Below are positions 18,423 to 27,716 of a stretch of 63,284 nucleotides of DNA, piece by piece. Source of the stretch: Roseomonas sp. GTDB lineage: Bacteria > Pseudomonadota > Alphaproteobacteria > Acetobacterales > Acetobacteraceae. Location: contig JADCES010000107.1 in the NCBI GenBank assembly GCA_020250005.1, positions 1-63,284 on the forward strand. Reading direction: 5' to 3'. Under the pieces are notes generated by a model that was given only the letters and a program-made list of their open reading frames with translations, had not been told where the DNA came from and ran no database searches. The stretch's first letter is position 1. Every line of letters starts with the position of its first letter. The position numbers were made by a program, and so were the translations under genes.

Positions 18423-21236
18423 ATGTTCGAACCCAGGGTTCGCGCCATTCTCGGCCCGACCAATACCGGCAAGACCCACCTCGCGATTGAGCGGATGCTC
18501 GCCCATGCTTCGGGCAGTATCGGCTTTCCGCTGCGGCTGCTGGCGCGTGAAAACTATGATCGCATGGTGGCGATGAAGGGTGAGCGCTTCGTCGCCCTGA
18601 TTACCGGTGAGGAAAAGATCGTGCCCCCTGAGGCGAAGTATTTCGCCTGTACGGTGGAAGCCATGCCGCTGGATCGGCCGGTGGAATTCCTCGCCGTTGA
18701 TGAAATCCAGCTTTGTGCGGACCCGGATCGCGGGCATGTCTTTACCGATCGGCTGCTGAATGCGCGCGGCATGGTGGAAACCATGTTCCTGGGGGCCGAG
18801 ACCATCGCGCCCTTGCTGCGCCGCTTGATTCCGCGCGCGGAAATCGAAACCCGCGCCCGGCTTTCGCAACTGACTTATGCCGGCCCCGCCAAGCTGTCGC
18901 GCCTGCCGCCGCGTTCCGCCATTGTCGCCTTCAGCGCGCAGGAAGTCTATGCGATTGCCGAAGCGGTGCGTCGTCGGCGCGGCGGCTGTGCCGTGGTGAT
19001 GGGCCGGCTTTCGCCGCGCACCCGCAATGCGCAGGTCGCCCTTTATCAAAACCGGGAAGTGGATTTCCTGGTGGCGACAGATGCGATTGGCATGGGCCTT
19101 AATATGGATGTGGACCATGTGGCGCTGGCCGCGCTGAATAAGTTTGACGGCCATCAGCCGCGCGCGCTGACGGCACAGGAAATCGCGCAAATCGCCGGCC
19201 GCGCCGGGCGTGGCATGCGCGATGGCACTTTCGGCACTACGGCAGAGGCGCCGGTGCTGGATGATGAGATCATCACCCAAATCGAAACCCATGCCTTCGA
19301 ACCGCTGAAGACTCTTGCCTGGCGCAATTCCGATCTGGATTTTTCCTCGGTTGAGACATTGCTTGATAGCCTTGGCGCACCGGCACCGCAGCCGGGCCTC
19401 GCCAAGGGCCATGATGCAGTGGACCACATCACGCTTTCCATGCTGGTGCGAGAAGAGGAAATCCGGGGGCTGGCCGATACCGCATCGCGCGTCCGGCTGC
19501 TGTGGGAAGCCTGTCAGGTGCCGGATTTCCGCAAGCTTGCCGATGATAGCCACACGCGGCTTTGCGCGCGCATTTTCACGCATTTGGCGCGCGAAGGCCG
19601 CCTGCCGCGCGATTGGGTGGCGTCATCGCTCGCGCAGCTTGGCATGGCGGAAGGCGATCTGGATACGCTGATGGCGCGGCTTTCGGCCATTCGCGTCTGG
19701 TCCTATGTCGCCGCGCGTGCCGATTGGCTGGATGATGCCGCTGGCTTGCAGGCCGATGCACGGCGCGTGGAAGACATGGTCTCAGACGCGCTGCATGAAA
19801 GCCTGACGGCGCGCTTTGTGGATCGCCGCGCGGCGCATCTCATTCGCGCGCTCGATGAAAGCGATGAGGAATTGCTCTCCGCCGTCACCCGCCGCGGCGA
19901 AGTGGTGGTGGAAGGCCATCCGGTCGGCCATGTGAAGGGTTTCCTGTTTGAACCCGATGCGGCGGCGGTGAAGGAAGAAGAACGCCGCGTGGTGCTGCGT
20001 GCCGCGCGCCGCGCGCTTGGGGCGGAAATCCCGCGCCGTGTCACCATGCTGGAAACCGCGAAGGATGAGGCGTTCGCGCTGACGCCCCAGCATGGCGTGA
20101 CCTGGGCCTATTCCCACGCACCGAACATGCCAGCAGGGCTTGGCGATATCGCGGAAGTGGCAAAGCTGAAGCCCGGCTCCGAACCCGGCAAGCCACTGAT
20201 TGAAGTGCTGCCCTCGGAATTCCTGGATGGCGCGCAGCGCGAACGTATTCGCGCGCGTATGGCCACTTGGATCGAGGCTTTGGTGAAGCGCGATCTGGGT
20301 GCGATTTTCACCGCCGAAGAAAAGGCCAGCGAGGATAATACGCTGCGCGGTCCCGCCTTTCGCCTGCGCGAAGAATTGGGCCTGGCCATGGGGCGGACCG
20401 ATAGTGAAATCCGCCCCGATCTCCGCCAGAAGCTGAAGGGCATTGGCATTCGCGCCGGGCGCTACGCGCTTTACGTGCCGGAAGCACTGAAGCCGCGCGC
20501 CATGGCGCTGCGTGCGCAGCTTTGGTCGCTGTTGCGCGGCATTGAAACGCCGAAGCTGCCCTCCGGCGGTTTGATCGCCGTGGCGCCGCCCGCCGATTGG
20601 CCGCGCGGCTTTGCCGAAACCATGGGCTGGCTGCCGGCGGGACCGGTGCTACTGCGCCTGGATGTGGCGGAACGCATCGCCGGCGAATTGGGCCACCTGA
20701 CGCGCAAATCCCCCGCGCTGCTGCCGGGCGATCTGGCCAGCCGCTTGGGGATCAAGGGCGAAAACCTTGGCCCGGTGCTGGATGCCATGGGCTTCCGGCT
20801 GATCCCGGCCGAAACGCTTGATGAGAAAAACTTCGGTCCGCCCGCCCCCGCGCGGATTGGCCAGCAGCGTGCGCCCCGCTTTGAACCGCGCCAGCACCAG
20901 GGCCCCCGCCGCGACGACCGGCGCCCGGATCGCCGTGGCCCTCGGCCGGATCAGCGCCGTCAGGAAGCCGGCCCAAGCGAAGGCGCAGCACCTGATCAGG
21001 CCCCACCCGACCAGCAGCGCCCGGAACGCCGGCCCGATCAGCGGCCGGATCGTCGCCCGAAGCCCGAAGGCGGCCAGCAGCAACAGCAGCAGCGCCAGCA
21101 TTACGGCAATAAGGTTGGCAATGACCGCCCGCGCGGCCCGCGCCCGCCGCGTGAGGATCGTGTTGCACTGCCGCCCATGCCGCGCCCCGATAGCCCCTTT
21201 GCGGTGCTCGCCGCGCTGAAGCTCAAGAAGGATTGA
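18423..21236 (+). CDS. SUV3/MgpS-like superfamily II helicase
   Basis: Walker A GPTNTGKT, DEIQ, ATDAIGMGLN and QIAGRAGR motifs; low-complexity R/P/Q-rich tail. Confidence 0.92.
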   Translation: MFEPRVRAILGPTNTGKTHLAIERMLAHASGSIGFPLRLLARENYDRMVAMKGERFVALITGEEKIVPPEAKYFACTVEAMPLDRPVEFLAVDEIQLCADPDRGHVFTDRLLNARGMVETMFLGAETIAPLLRRLIPRAEIETRARLSQLTYAGPAKLSRLPPRSAIVAFSAQEVYAIAEAVRRRRGGCAVVMGRLSPRTRNAQVALYQNREVDFLVATDAIGMGLNMDVDHVALAALNKFDGHQPRALTAQEIAQIAGRAGRGMRDGTFGTTAEAPVLDDEIITQIETHAFEPLKTLAWRNSDLDFSSVETLLDSLGAPAPQPGLAKGHDAVDHITLSMLVREEEIRGLADTASRVRLLWEACQVPDFRKLADDSHTRLCARIFTHLAREGRLPRDWVASSLAQLGMAEGDLDTLMARLSAIRVWSYVAARADWLDDAAGLQADARRVEDMVSDALHESLTARFVDRRAAHLIRALDESDEELLSAVTRRGEVVVEGHPVGHVKGFLFEPDAAAVKEEERRVVLRAARRALGAEIPRRVTMLETAKDEAFALTPQHGVTWAYSHAPNMPAGLGDIAEVAKLKPGSEPGKPLIEVLPSEFLDGAQRERIRARMATWIEALVKRDLGAIFTAEEKASEDNTLRGPAFRLREELGLAMGRTDSEIRPDLRQKLKGIGIRAGRYALYVPEALKPRAMALRAQLWSLLRGIETPKLPSGGLIAVAPPADWPRGFAETMGWLPAGPVLLRLDVAERIAGELGHLTRKSPALLPGDLASRLGIKGENLGPVLDAMGFRLIPAETLDEKNFGPPAPARIGQQRAPRFEPRQHQGPRRDDRRPDRRGPRPDQRRQEAGPSEGAAPDQAPPDQQRPERRPDQRPDRRPKPEGGQQQQQQRQHYGNKVGNDRPRGPRPPREDRVALPPMPRPDSPFAVLAALKLKKD

Positions 21237-21246
21237 ACTGCGCGCC

Positions 21247-21537
21247 GTGGCGGCCGAGGCGGAAGGGCGGGATTATCAGCGGCTGGATGCCTGGCTTTGG
21301 TGCGCGCGCTTTCGCAAGACCCGCGCGGAATGCGCGCGTCAGGTGGAAAAGGGCGTGGTGCGCATCAATCGCCTGCCGACCGACAAGCCTCATGCGAAGC
21401 TGCGGCCCGGTGATGTGCTAACGCTCTCAGTCGGGCAGGGGGCTTCGGGGCAGATCATCCTCTGGCGTGTGCTGGCCCTCGCCGAACGGCGCGGCCCGGC
21501 CTCTGAGGCGCAGACGCTCTATGAGGTCCTTACCTGA
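21247..21537 (+). CDS. RNA-binding S4 domain protein (Hsp15/HslR-like)
   Basis: RLDAWLWCARFRKTR and RRGPASEAQTLYE motifs; helicase-S4-fdxA-carD synteny. Confidence 0.88.
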   Translation: MAAEAEGRDYQRLDAWLWCARFRKTRAECARQVEKGVVRINRLPTDKPHAKLRPGDVLTLSVGQGASGQIILWRVLALAERRGPASEAQTLYEVLT

Positions 21538-21635
21538 CGCAGCATAGATATGCGTCAGGCCACCTTGTCTAATTTCCTGTCTGCGGCCATTTTGGGCGCG
21601 GTTTTGGACAGGCTCAGCACCAGGGAATCGCGCCA

Positions 21636-21968
21636 GTGACCTATGTCGTCACCGAAAATTGCATCAACTGCAAATACATGGATTGTGTGGAAGTCTGTCC
21701 CGTGGACTGCTTCTATGTCGGCGAAAACATGCTTGTGATCCACCCGGATGAATGCATTGATTGCGGCGTCTGCGAACCGGAATGCCCGGCCGAGGCCATC
21801 CTGCCCGATAGCGACGACAAGGCCACCCCCTGGGTGGAATTGAACCGGGACTACGCTCAGCAATGGCCCAATATCACCCGCAAGGGTGAAGCGCCGGCTG
21901 ATGCCGATGATTGGAAGGGCAAGCCCGACAAAAAGGCGCTGCTCAGCCCCAATCCCGGCAAGCCCTGA
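21636..21968 (+). CDS. fdxA: 7Fe ferredoxin
   Basis: [17 protein letters not shown] and [12 protein letters not shown] motifs. Confidence 0.96.
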   Translation: MTYVVTENCINCKYMDCVEVCPVDCFYVGENMLVIHPDECIDCGVCEPECPAEAILPDSDDKATPWVELNRDYAQQWPNITRKGEAPADADDWKGKPDKKALLSPNPGKP

Positions 21969-22184
21969 GCGATTCGCCGCCAAGCGGGGGCAAATATCAG
22001 ACCGAAACGGTCATGAATTACGCCCGAAGGACCCATCGGGCGGGTGACCCGAAGCATTTTTTGTGTTAACAAGGATTTTGGTTCCCTTCAGCATTTGGTC
22101 TCAACCGGATTTCTGCTGGGGACGCGCTCCAGTTTCCTGACCGGGTCGTGCTGGCCCGGGTTCTGCTTTGGGAGTCCTGTTTTC

Positions 22185-23627
22185 ATGACACGCAAGCCAG
22201 TGTCCAAGGCGTCCGCCAAAGGCCGCGCCAAGCCGGCCCGTGCCTCGGCCAAGAAGCCGGCCAGCAAGGCGAAATCGGCTGCCAAGCCGGCAGCGAAGAA
22301 ATCCTCCGCCAAGGCAAAGGCGACCACGAAGCCCAACAAGAAGGTGGCGCCGAAGCCAGTGAAGAAGCCTGTTGTGAAAGCGGCGGCAAAGCCTGCGGCC
22401 AAGCCTGCCGCGAAGCCCGCGGCCAAGCCGGCCCCCAAACCCGCCAGCAAGCCCGCGGCCAAGCCGGCCCCGAAAGCTGCCCCGAAGCCCGCGCCAAAGC
22501 CGGCCCCAAAGGCTGTGGCGAAGCCGGCCACCTCGGCACCAGCAAAGGCCAAGGCGACGCCGCCCAGCGCCAAGCAAGCGGCACCCGCCAAGCCCGCCGC
22601 CAAGCCAGCGGCACCGGCAGCTGAAGCCCCGCCCAAGCCTGCGGCTGCGCCCAAACCCGCTGCCCCGGTCGCCGAAGCCCCGGTCCCCGCGCCAGTGGCC
22701 GAGGCCACGCCACCACCCGCCAAGCCCGCGCCCAAATCCAAGGCCAAGCCCGCCCCTGTGGGGAAAGCCAAGCCTGAAGCCGCGCCTTTAGCCGCCGGCT
22801 TGCAGGAAACCCCCGCCCCCGCGCCGGTGGCGCCAGAGCCCCCGCCTCGGCCAGTGCTGGTCCAGGCGCCGGCGGTTGCCATGGTGACCCCGCCTTCCCC
22901 CGCGCCTGCGCCCCGTCCGGCGCCGCCGCCCAGTATTTCGCCGCTTTCGCCGCCACCGCCCACCATGCGTCCCAATGCCCAATTGGGCATGCGCCCGCCG
23001 GGTGGTGGTCCGCCCCGTCCTGGAATGCCCATGTCTGCTTCTTCGCACAAACCACCCCCAGCCCCGAAACAGGAATTCAAGACGGGCGATTACGTTGTCT
23101 ACCCAACCCATGGCGTGGGCACGGTGCAGGGCATCCGCTCGGTGGAGGCCGCCGGTTATTCCTTGCAAGTCATTGAAGTGACCTTTGAGGAAAACCGCAT
23201 GAAGCTGAGCGTGCCGGTGAACAAGGCGTCATCTTCAGGCCTGCGCAAGCTTTGCACCACGGAAAGCTTCCAGCCCGCCATGGATACGCTGAAGGGCCGC
23301 GCGCGCATCAAGCGCACCATGTGGTCGCGCCGCGCCCAGGAATATGAGGCGAAGATCAATTCTGGTGATCCGGTGCAGATTGCTGAAGTGGTGCGCGACC
23401 TGTTCCGCAATGCCGGCCAGCCTGATCAATCCTTCAGCGAACGCCAGATCTATGAATTGGCTTTGGACCGCCTGGCTGCCGAAGCCGCTGCGATTGACCG
23501 CTGCGACAAGCCAACCGCGATTGAAAAGCTGATGGTGGTGCTGCGTTCCGGCGCGGCGGGGTCGCGTGATTCGGCTGCCAAGGAAGCGCCCGCGCCGGCG
23601 GCTGAGGTTCAATTGCCGGATCAATAA
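22185..23627 (+). CDS. carD: CarD/CdnL family transcription factor with long Lys/Ala/Pro-rich N-terminal extension
   Basis: C-terminal FKTGDYVVYPTHGVG and RTMWSRRAQEYEAKINSGD; GGAG RBS before ATG 22185; frame open through the repeats. Confidence 0.88.
   Translation: MTRKPVSKASAKGRAKPARASAKKPASKAKSAAKPAAKKSSAKAKATTKPNKKVAPKPVKKPVVKAAAKPAAKPAAKPAAKPAPKPASKPAAKPAPKAAPKPAPKPAPKAVAKPATSAPAKAKATPPSAKQAAPAKPAAKPAAPAAEAPPKPAAAPKPAAPVAEAPVPAPVAEATPPPAKPAPKSKAKPAPVGKAKPEAAPLAAGLQETPAPAPVAPEPPPRPVLVQAPAVAMVTPPSPAPAPRPAPPPSISPLSPPPPTMRPNAQLGMRPPGGGPPRPGMPMSASSHKPPPAPKQEFKTGDYVVYPTHGVGTVQGIRSVEAAGYSLQVIEVTFEENRMKLSVPVNKASSSGLRKLCTTESFQPAMDTLKGRARIKRTMWSRRAQEYEAKINSGDPVQIAEVVRDLFRNAGQPDQSFSERQIYELALDRLAAEAAAIDRCDKPTAIEKLMVVLRSGAAGSRDSAAKEAPAPAAEVQLPDQ
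22377..22532 (+). repeat. Degenerate 12-bp tandem coding repeat (~13 units, KPAA/KPAP)
   Basis: AAGCCTGCGGCC AAGCCTGCCGCG AAGCCCGCGGCC AAGCCGGCCCCC ... in frame with carD. Confidence 0.85.
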
Positions 23628-23693
23628 AGCGCTGCGTGCCAACACCGAGGCATGGCGTGACCTGCCAAAGCGGGTCACTCCATTTTGTATCCG

Positions 23694-24551
23694 CTACAGC
23701 ATCGCCAAAGGCCGCTTGCGCCGTGGCGGCGGAAAGGCCTCATCCAGCGCGGCCAAATCCTCAGCACTCAAGACAATCTCCCGTGCTGCCGCGTTTTCCC
23801 GCACATGGGCGAGTTTCGCGGCTTTCGGGATGCTCACCACGCCAGGCTGGCGGAGCGTCCAGGCAATGGCGATTTGCGCGGGGCTTTTGCCGTGCCGCGC
23901 CGCAACGGCTGTCAGCGCCGGATTACGCAGCATCCGCCCGCCCTGGCCCACGGGCGAATAGGCCATCACCGGCATGCCACGCTTGGCGCAAAAGGGCAGC
24001 AGATCAAACTCGGCACCGCGATGCTCAAGGCTATAGAGTACCTGATCCGTCGCGCAATCAGCCAGCGCCGCGCCCAATTCTTCCAAATCATCCTGATCAA
24101 GATTGGAAACGCCCCAGCGCCTGATCTTGCCGGCTGCGCGCAGCGCCTCAAAACCCGCCACCGTTTCCGCGAGTGGCACGGAACCGCGCCAATGCAGCAG
24201 ATAGACATCAATGGTTTCAATCCGAAGGCGTTTCAGGCTGCGTTCGCACGCCGCCACCACGCCGCGGCGGGACGCATTATGCGGATACACCTTGGAGACG
24301 ATGAAAACCTCCTCACGCCGCCCGGTGATGGCATTGCCCACCACCTCCTCGGCGCCGCCTTCGCCATACATCTCGGCTGTGTCGATCAAATTCACACCAA
24401 GATCGAGCCCCGCACGCAGCGCATCGGCTTCCGCCGCGCGCTTCGTGCGATCCTCACCCATGCCCCAGGTCCCTTGCCCGAGGCGCGGCATGGTGAAACC
24501 GGCCGCCATGTCAGGGAATGGTATAGCCGCGCGCCTTGCCGACGCTGTCAT
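23694..24551 (-). CDS. Aldo/keto reductase (alternative start 24509)
   Basis: LGQGTW, IDTAEMYG, GKIRRWGVSN, AYSP and IPK motifs. Confidence 0.93.
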   Translation of the reverse strand: MTASARRAAIPFPDMAAGFTMPRLGQGTWGMGEDRTKRAAEADALRAGLDLGVNLIDTAEMYGEGGAEEVVGNAITGRREEVFIVSKVYPHNASRRGVVAACERSLKRLRIETIDVYLLHWRGSVPLAETVAGFEALRAAGKIRRWGVSNLDQDDLEELGAALADCATDQVLYSLEHRGAEFDLLPFCAKRGMPVMAYSPVGQGGRMLRNPALTAVAARHGKSPAQIAIAWTLRQPGVVSIPKAAKLAHVRENAAAREIVLSAEDLAALDEAFPPPRRKRPLAML

Positions 24552-25560
24552 TCCAAACCCGCGCGCAATCCGCCCAGACGCGGTTGCAGCTATCGCGGAA
24601 GCTTGGCAGCACCACCGCCGTCACGGCTTCACGCACGCGCCGTTCATCTTCTGCCGGCGGTGTCACCACCTGGACATTGAATTTACGCGTGGTGCAGGCA
24701 TCCTGGCCTTGGAAGCAGGCAAAGGCCTCATCACTCGCGCGGCGCGCCAGATCCCACATTTGCTTTTCCAGATCAGCAAAGGCGCGCGTCAGTGCCGCCT
24801 GCTGTTCCGGGTTGAAGCGCCGCCAAGCCGCCAGCGACATGAAATGCCCTTGCACGCCTGATGCAAGCGATACCGGAAGGATGGTGCGGATAACCTCGCC
24901 CCAATTCGCGGTATAGGCCGAAGTGGCCGAGGTGATGCCGCATTCCACCGTGCCGCGCTGCAAAGCCTGATAGGTTTCGGAAAGCTGCAAGGTCACGGGC
25001 GTGGCACCCAGCGATTGCAGCAGCGCCGACATGGTGGGCGTGTAGGAGCGCACCTTCAAGCCGCGCAGGTCAGCCATGGAAGCGACTGGGCGATTGCAGA
25101 AGAACATCTGCGCGCCAAAGGGCCAGAGCGTCATGACCTTGGCATTGAAGCGTTCCTGCAAGCGCCGATCGAGCGCTTCGCGCCCACCGGCAATCGCTTG
25201 CTGAGTTTCTTCGAGCGTGGTCGAAACCCCGATCAGATCGAGCGAGTCGATAAAGGGCTCATCACGCGCGGTCTGGCCGATCAGCACGCTCATGACATCA
25301 AAGGTGCCATTGCGCAGATGCCGCAACGCATCCGGTGCGGCGGCGCCCACCTGGTCCATCGGGTTGAAGGTGACGGCAAGGTTGATGCCTGTCGCCTGGC
25401 CAAGGCCGGTGAAGAAGGGCCGTTCAATCCCCTCCGTATGGCGGGAATTGGAGGTGAAATGCCCCGCCACGCGCAGCTGGATCGGGCTTTGCGCGAATGC
25501 GGGTGCGGCGGCGAGCAAGGCACCAAGGACAGCGCCAAGCAGGGTGGGGCGGAAGGGCAT
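24511..25560 (-). CDS. dctP: TRAP transporter substrate-binding protein (DctP family)
   Basis: Signal peptide from MPFRPTLL with GGAG RBS; DLRGLKVRS and ALQRGTVEC motifs. Confidence 0.88.
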   Translation of the reverse strand: MPFRPTLLGAVLGALLAAAPAFAQSPIQLRVAGHFTSNSRHTEGIERPFFTGLGQATGINLAVTFNPMDQVGAAAPDALRHLRNGTFDVMSVLIGQTARDEPFIDSLDLIGVSTTLEETQQAIAGGREALDRRLQERFNAKVMTLWPFGAQMFFCNRPVASMADLRGLKVRSYTPTMSALLQSLGATPVTLQLSETYQALQRGTVECGITSATSAYTANWGEVIRTILPVSLASGVQGHFMSLAAWRRFNPEQQAALTRAFADLEKQMWDLARRASDEAFACFQGQDACTTRKFNVQVVTPPAEDERRVREAVTAVVLPSFRDSCNRVWADCARVWNDSVGKARGYTIP

Positions 25561-25731
25561 GGGTTTGGCTCCCGAAGGACAAGGCATGAAATTTGCGACG
25601 CTAAAGACCTGAAACCGAGGGCGTTTCGGTGGATCACAGTTTTGCCAGCCCCTTGGCTTTGTGCAACACCGCGCCATTGAAACGACTTCACCCCCCGCTA
25701 AGCCCCAATCGCCATTCAAGACAAGGCCCCC

Positions 25732-26340
25732 ATGCGCACGACCTTCAAGGACCCAAACCCGGTCAGCCGCTTTTTTGGTCCGCCTGCCCGGTTTCTCGCC
25801 ATTCTTTCCGGCTGGTGGCTGATTGCGCTGTCCTTTCCGACGGTGGCTGAAATCCTGCTGCGCAAATTCTTTTCCATATCCCTGCAAGGGGTGGATGAGA
25901 TCGGCGGCTATACCACTGCCATTGTCTCGGCTTTTGGTTTTGCCTGCGCGCTGACAGTGAAGGCACATACGCGCGTTGATTTTCTGCTCGGGCGCCTGCC
26001 GGCGGGTCTGCGCGCGGTCTTGAACGCACTGGCTTATGGGTTGCTCGCGGCCATGGCGATTTACGGCGCCTGGCGCGGCTGGGCCGTATTGCAGGAAAGC
26101 ATCGAATTCCAGGCGCATGCCAATTCGCCGCTGCAAACGCCGCTTTGGCTGCCGCAAGGCGCCTGGTTCATCGGGCTTCTGCTGTTCGCGCTTTGCGCCG
26201 GCGCCATGGCCGCGCATGCTTTTTGGCTGCTACTGTCAGATCGGGCGAAGCTCAATCTGTTCTATGGGCCGCTGACGCTCGATGAGGAGATCGAGGCCGA
26301 AATGGGCACCATCCTGGAACGCGAAGGCAAGCAGCCATGA
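25732..26340 (+). CDS. dctQ: TRAP transporter small permease
   Basis: 4 TM segments; GVDEIGGY, HTRVD and TPLWLPQ motifs. Confidence 0.9.
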   Translation: MRTTFKDPNPVSRFFGPPARFLAILSGWWLIALSFPTVAEILLRKFFSISLQGVDEIGGYTTAIVSAFGFACALTVKAHTRVDFLLGRLPAGLRAVLNALAYGLLAAMAIYGAWRGWAVLQESIEFQAHANSPLQTPLWLPQGAWFIGLLLFALCAGAMAAHAFWLLLSDRAKLNLFYGPLTLDEEIEAEMGTILEREGKQP

Positions 26341-27644
26341 TCGGCGTTACCGAAGCGACCATCGGCTTTCTGCTGCTGATCGGCTTTCTTTTCCTTGGCC
26401 TGCATGTGGCGGTGGCGATGTTCCTGATCGCGCTGCTGGGGGCGGCGCTTTATCTCGGCCCGCCCTTGGTCGCGGCCTTTGGCACACAGCTTTGGGGTGC
26501 CATGGAAGATTATGTGCTGCTCTCCATCCCGCTTTACATCCTGCTGGGTGAGATTCTTGTGCGGTCCGGTTCCACTGACCGGCTTTATCGCTCGCTGGCG
26601 GATTGGTTGAATATCCTGCCGGGTGGCCTGCTGCACACCAATATCGGCGCATCTGCCGTGTTTTCCGCCGTATCCGGTTCTTCCGTTGCGACGGCAGCGA
26701 CGATTTCAACGGTTGCGCTGCCATCCTTCCGCAAGCGGCGTTATGATACGCGCCTGGTATTGGGCTCCATCGCGGCTGGTGCTTCGCTTGGCAATCTGAT
26801 TCCGCCTGGCATTGCGCTGATTGTCTATGGCGCCATGACCAATACCTCGGTCGGGCAGCTTTACGCCGCGGCCGTTATTCCCGGCATTGTCATGACGGTG
26901 CTCTTCATGGGCACCATCATCATGATCGCGCTGCTGAAGCCCGATCTGGTGCGCCAGAAGGAAGTGGCCGATCCCTTGCGCGAAAGACTGAAGCGGCTGG
27001 TGGATCTGATGCCGCCCTTGGTGATTTTCGGCATCATCATGGGCTCCATCTATACCGGCTGGGCGACGGTGACGGAAAGCGCCGCCCTTGCCGTGGTGGT
27101 GGCCTTGCCCATCGCGGCCCTTTACGGCCGGCTTTCCATTCGCATGCTGCATGAATGCTTCATCGCGACCGCCAATCTGACCGCGATGAGCCTGCTGATC
27201 CTGGCTGTTGCCTTCTATCTGAACTTCGTCATGGGGCTGCTTGGCGTTACCTCGGCACTTGGCGCCTTTGCCACGAGTATCGGTGCAAGCCCGCTGGAAC
27301 TGATTATCGCGCTCACGATCTTTTATCTGCTGCTCGGCATTTTCTTTGAAACCCTGCCCATGCTGGTGGGCACGGTGCCGGTGGTGTTTCCGGTGATTGT
27401 CGCGGCCGGCATTGATCCGGTCTGGTTTGGCGTTTTCATCGTGCTGATGTGCGAAATCTCCCTGATCTCACCGCCCGTTGGCATGACGCTTTACGTCATT
27501 CAGGCGGTGCGACGCGAAGGCACGATTGCCGAGGTTTTTCAAGGCACCATACCCTTCTTCATCGCCATGGTGGTGATGACGGCGTTGCTGATCGGCTTTC
27601 CGGAAATGGCGCTATGGTTGCCCAGGATCAGCTTTGGGCCATAG
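26337..27644 (+). CDS. dctM: TRAP transporter large permease
   Basis: SIPLYILLGE, SGSSVAT, GNLIPPG and ISPPVG motifs. Confidence 0.93.
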   Translation: MIGVTEATIGFLLLIGFLFLGLHVAVAMFLIALLGAALYLGPPLVAAFGTQLWGAMEDYVLLSIPLYILLGEILVRSGSTDRLYRSLADWLNILPGGLLHTNIGASAVFSAVSGSSVATAATISTVALPSFRKRRYDTRLVLGSIAAGASLGNLIPPGIALIVYGAMTNTSVGQLYAAAVIPGIVMTVLFMGTIIMIALLKPDLVRQKEVADPLRERLKRLVDLMPPLVIFGIIMGSIYTGWATVTESAALAVVVALPIAALYGRLSIRMLHECFIATANLTAMSLLILAVAFYLNFVMGLLGVTSALGAFATSIGASPLELIIALTIFYLLLGIFFETLPMLVGTVPVVFPVIVAAGIDPVWFGVFIVLMCEISLISPPVGMTLYVIQAVRREGTIAEVFQGTIPFFIAMVVMTALLIGFPEMALWLPRISFGP

Positions 27645-27716
27645 GCCTGGATCTGGAAATCCGCGGCGCATCCTGTCATGAGGCAGGCATGAAACGTCAC
27701 GCGACAATGCCGGCAC

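Noticed and set aside
21533-21559. CCTGA...TCAGG hairpins at gene ends (also 29739-29756 and 42582-42607) as a repeat family
   Set aside because: Only 5 bp shared, partly explained by the TGA stop; stems and loops differ, so probably independent terminator-like hairpins
22377-22532. CRISPR-like or non-coding tandem array
   Set aside because: 12-bp units without spacers, varying mostly at synonymous positions; it is a coding repeat and no cas genes are present
25662-25676. Sigma54-like TGGCGCGGTGTTGCA upstream of dctP
   Set aside because: GG-to-GC spacing is 9 nt rather than the required 10
24511-26217. 568-aa extended DctP as given in the ORF track
   Set aside because: The extension is antisense to dctQ; a signal peptide and RBS mark the real start at 25560
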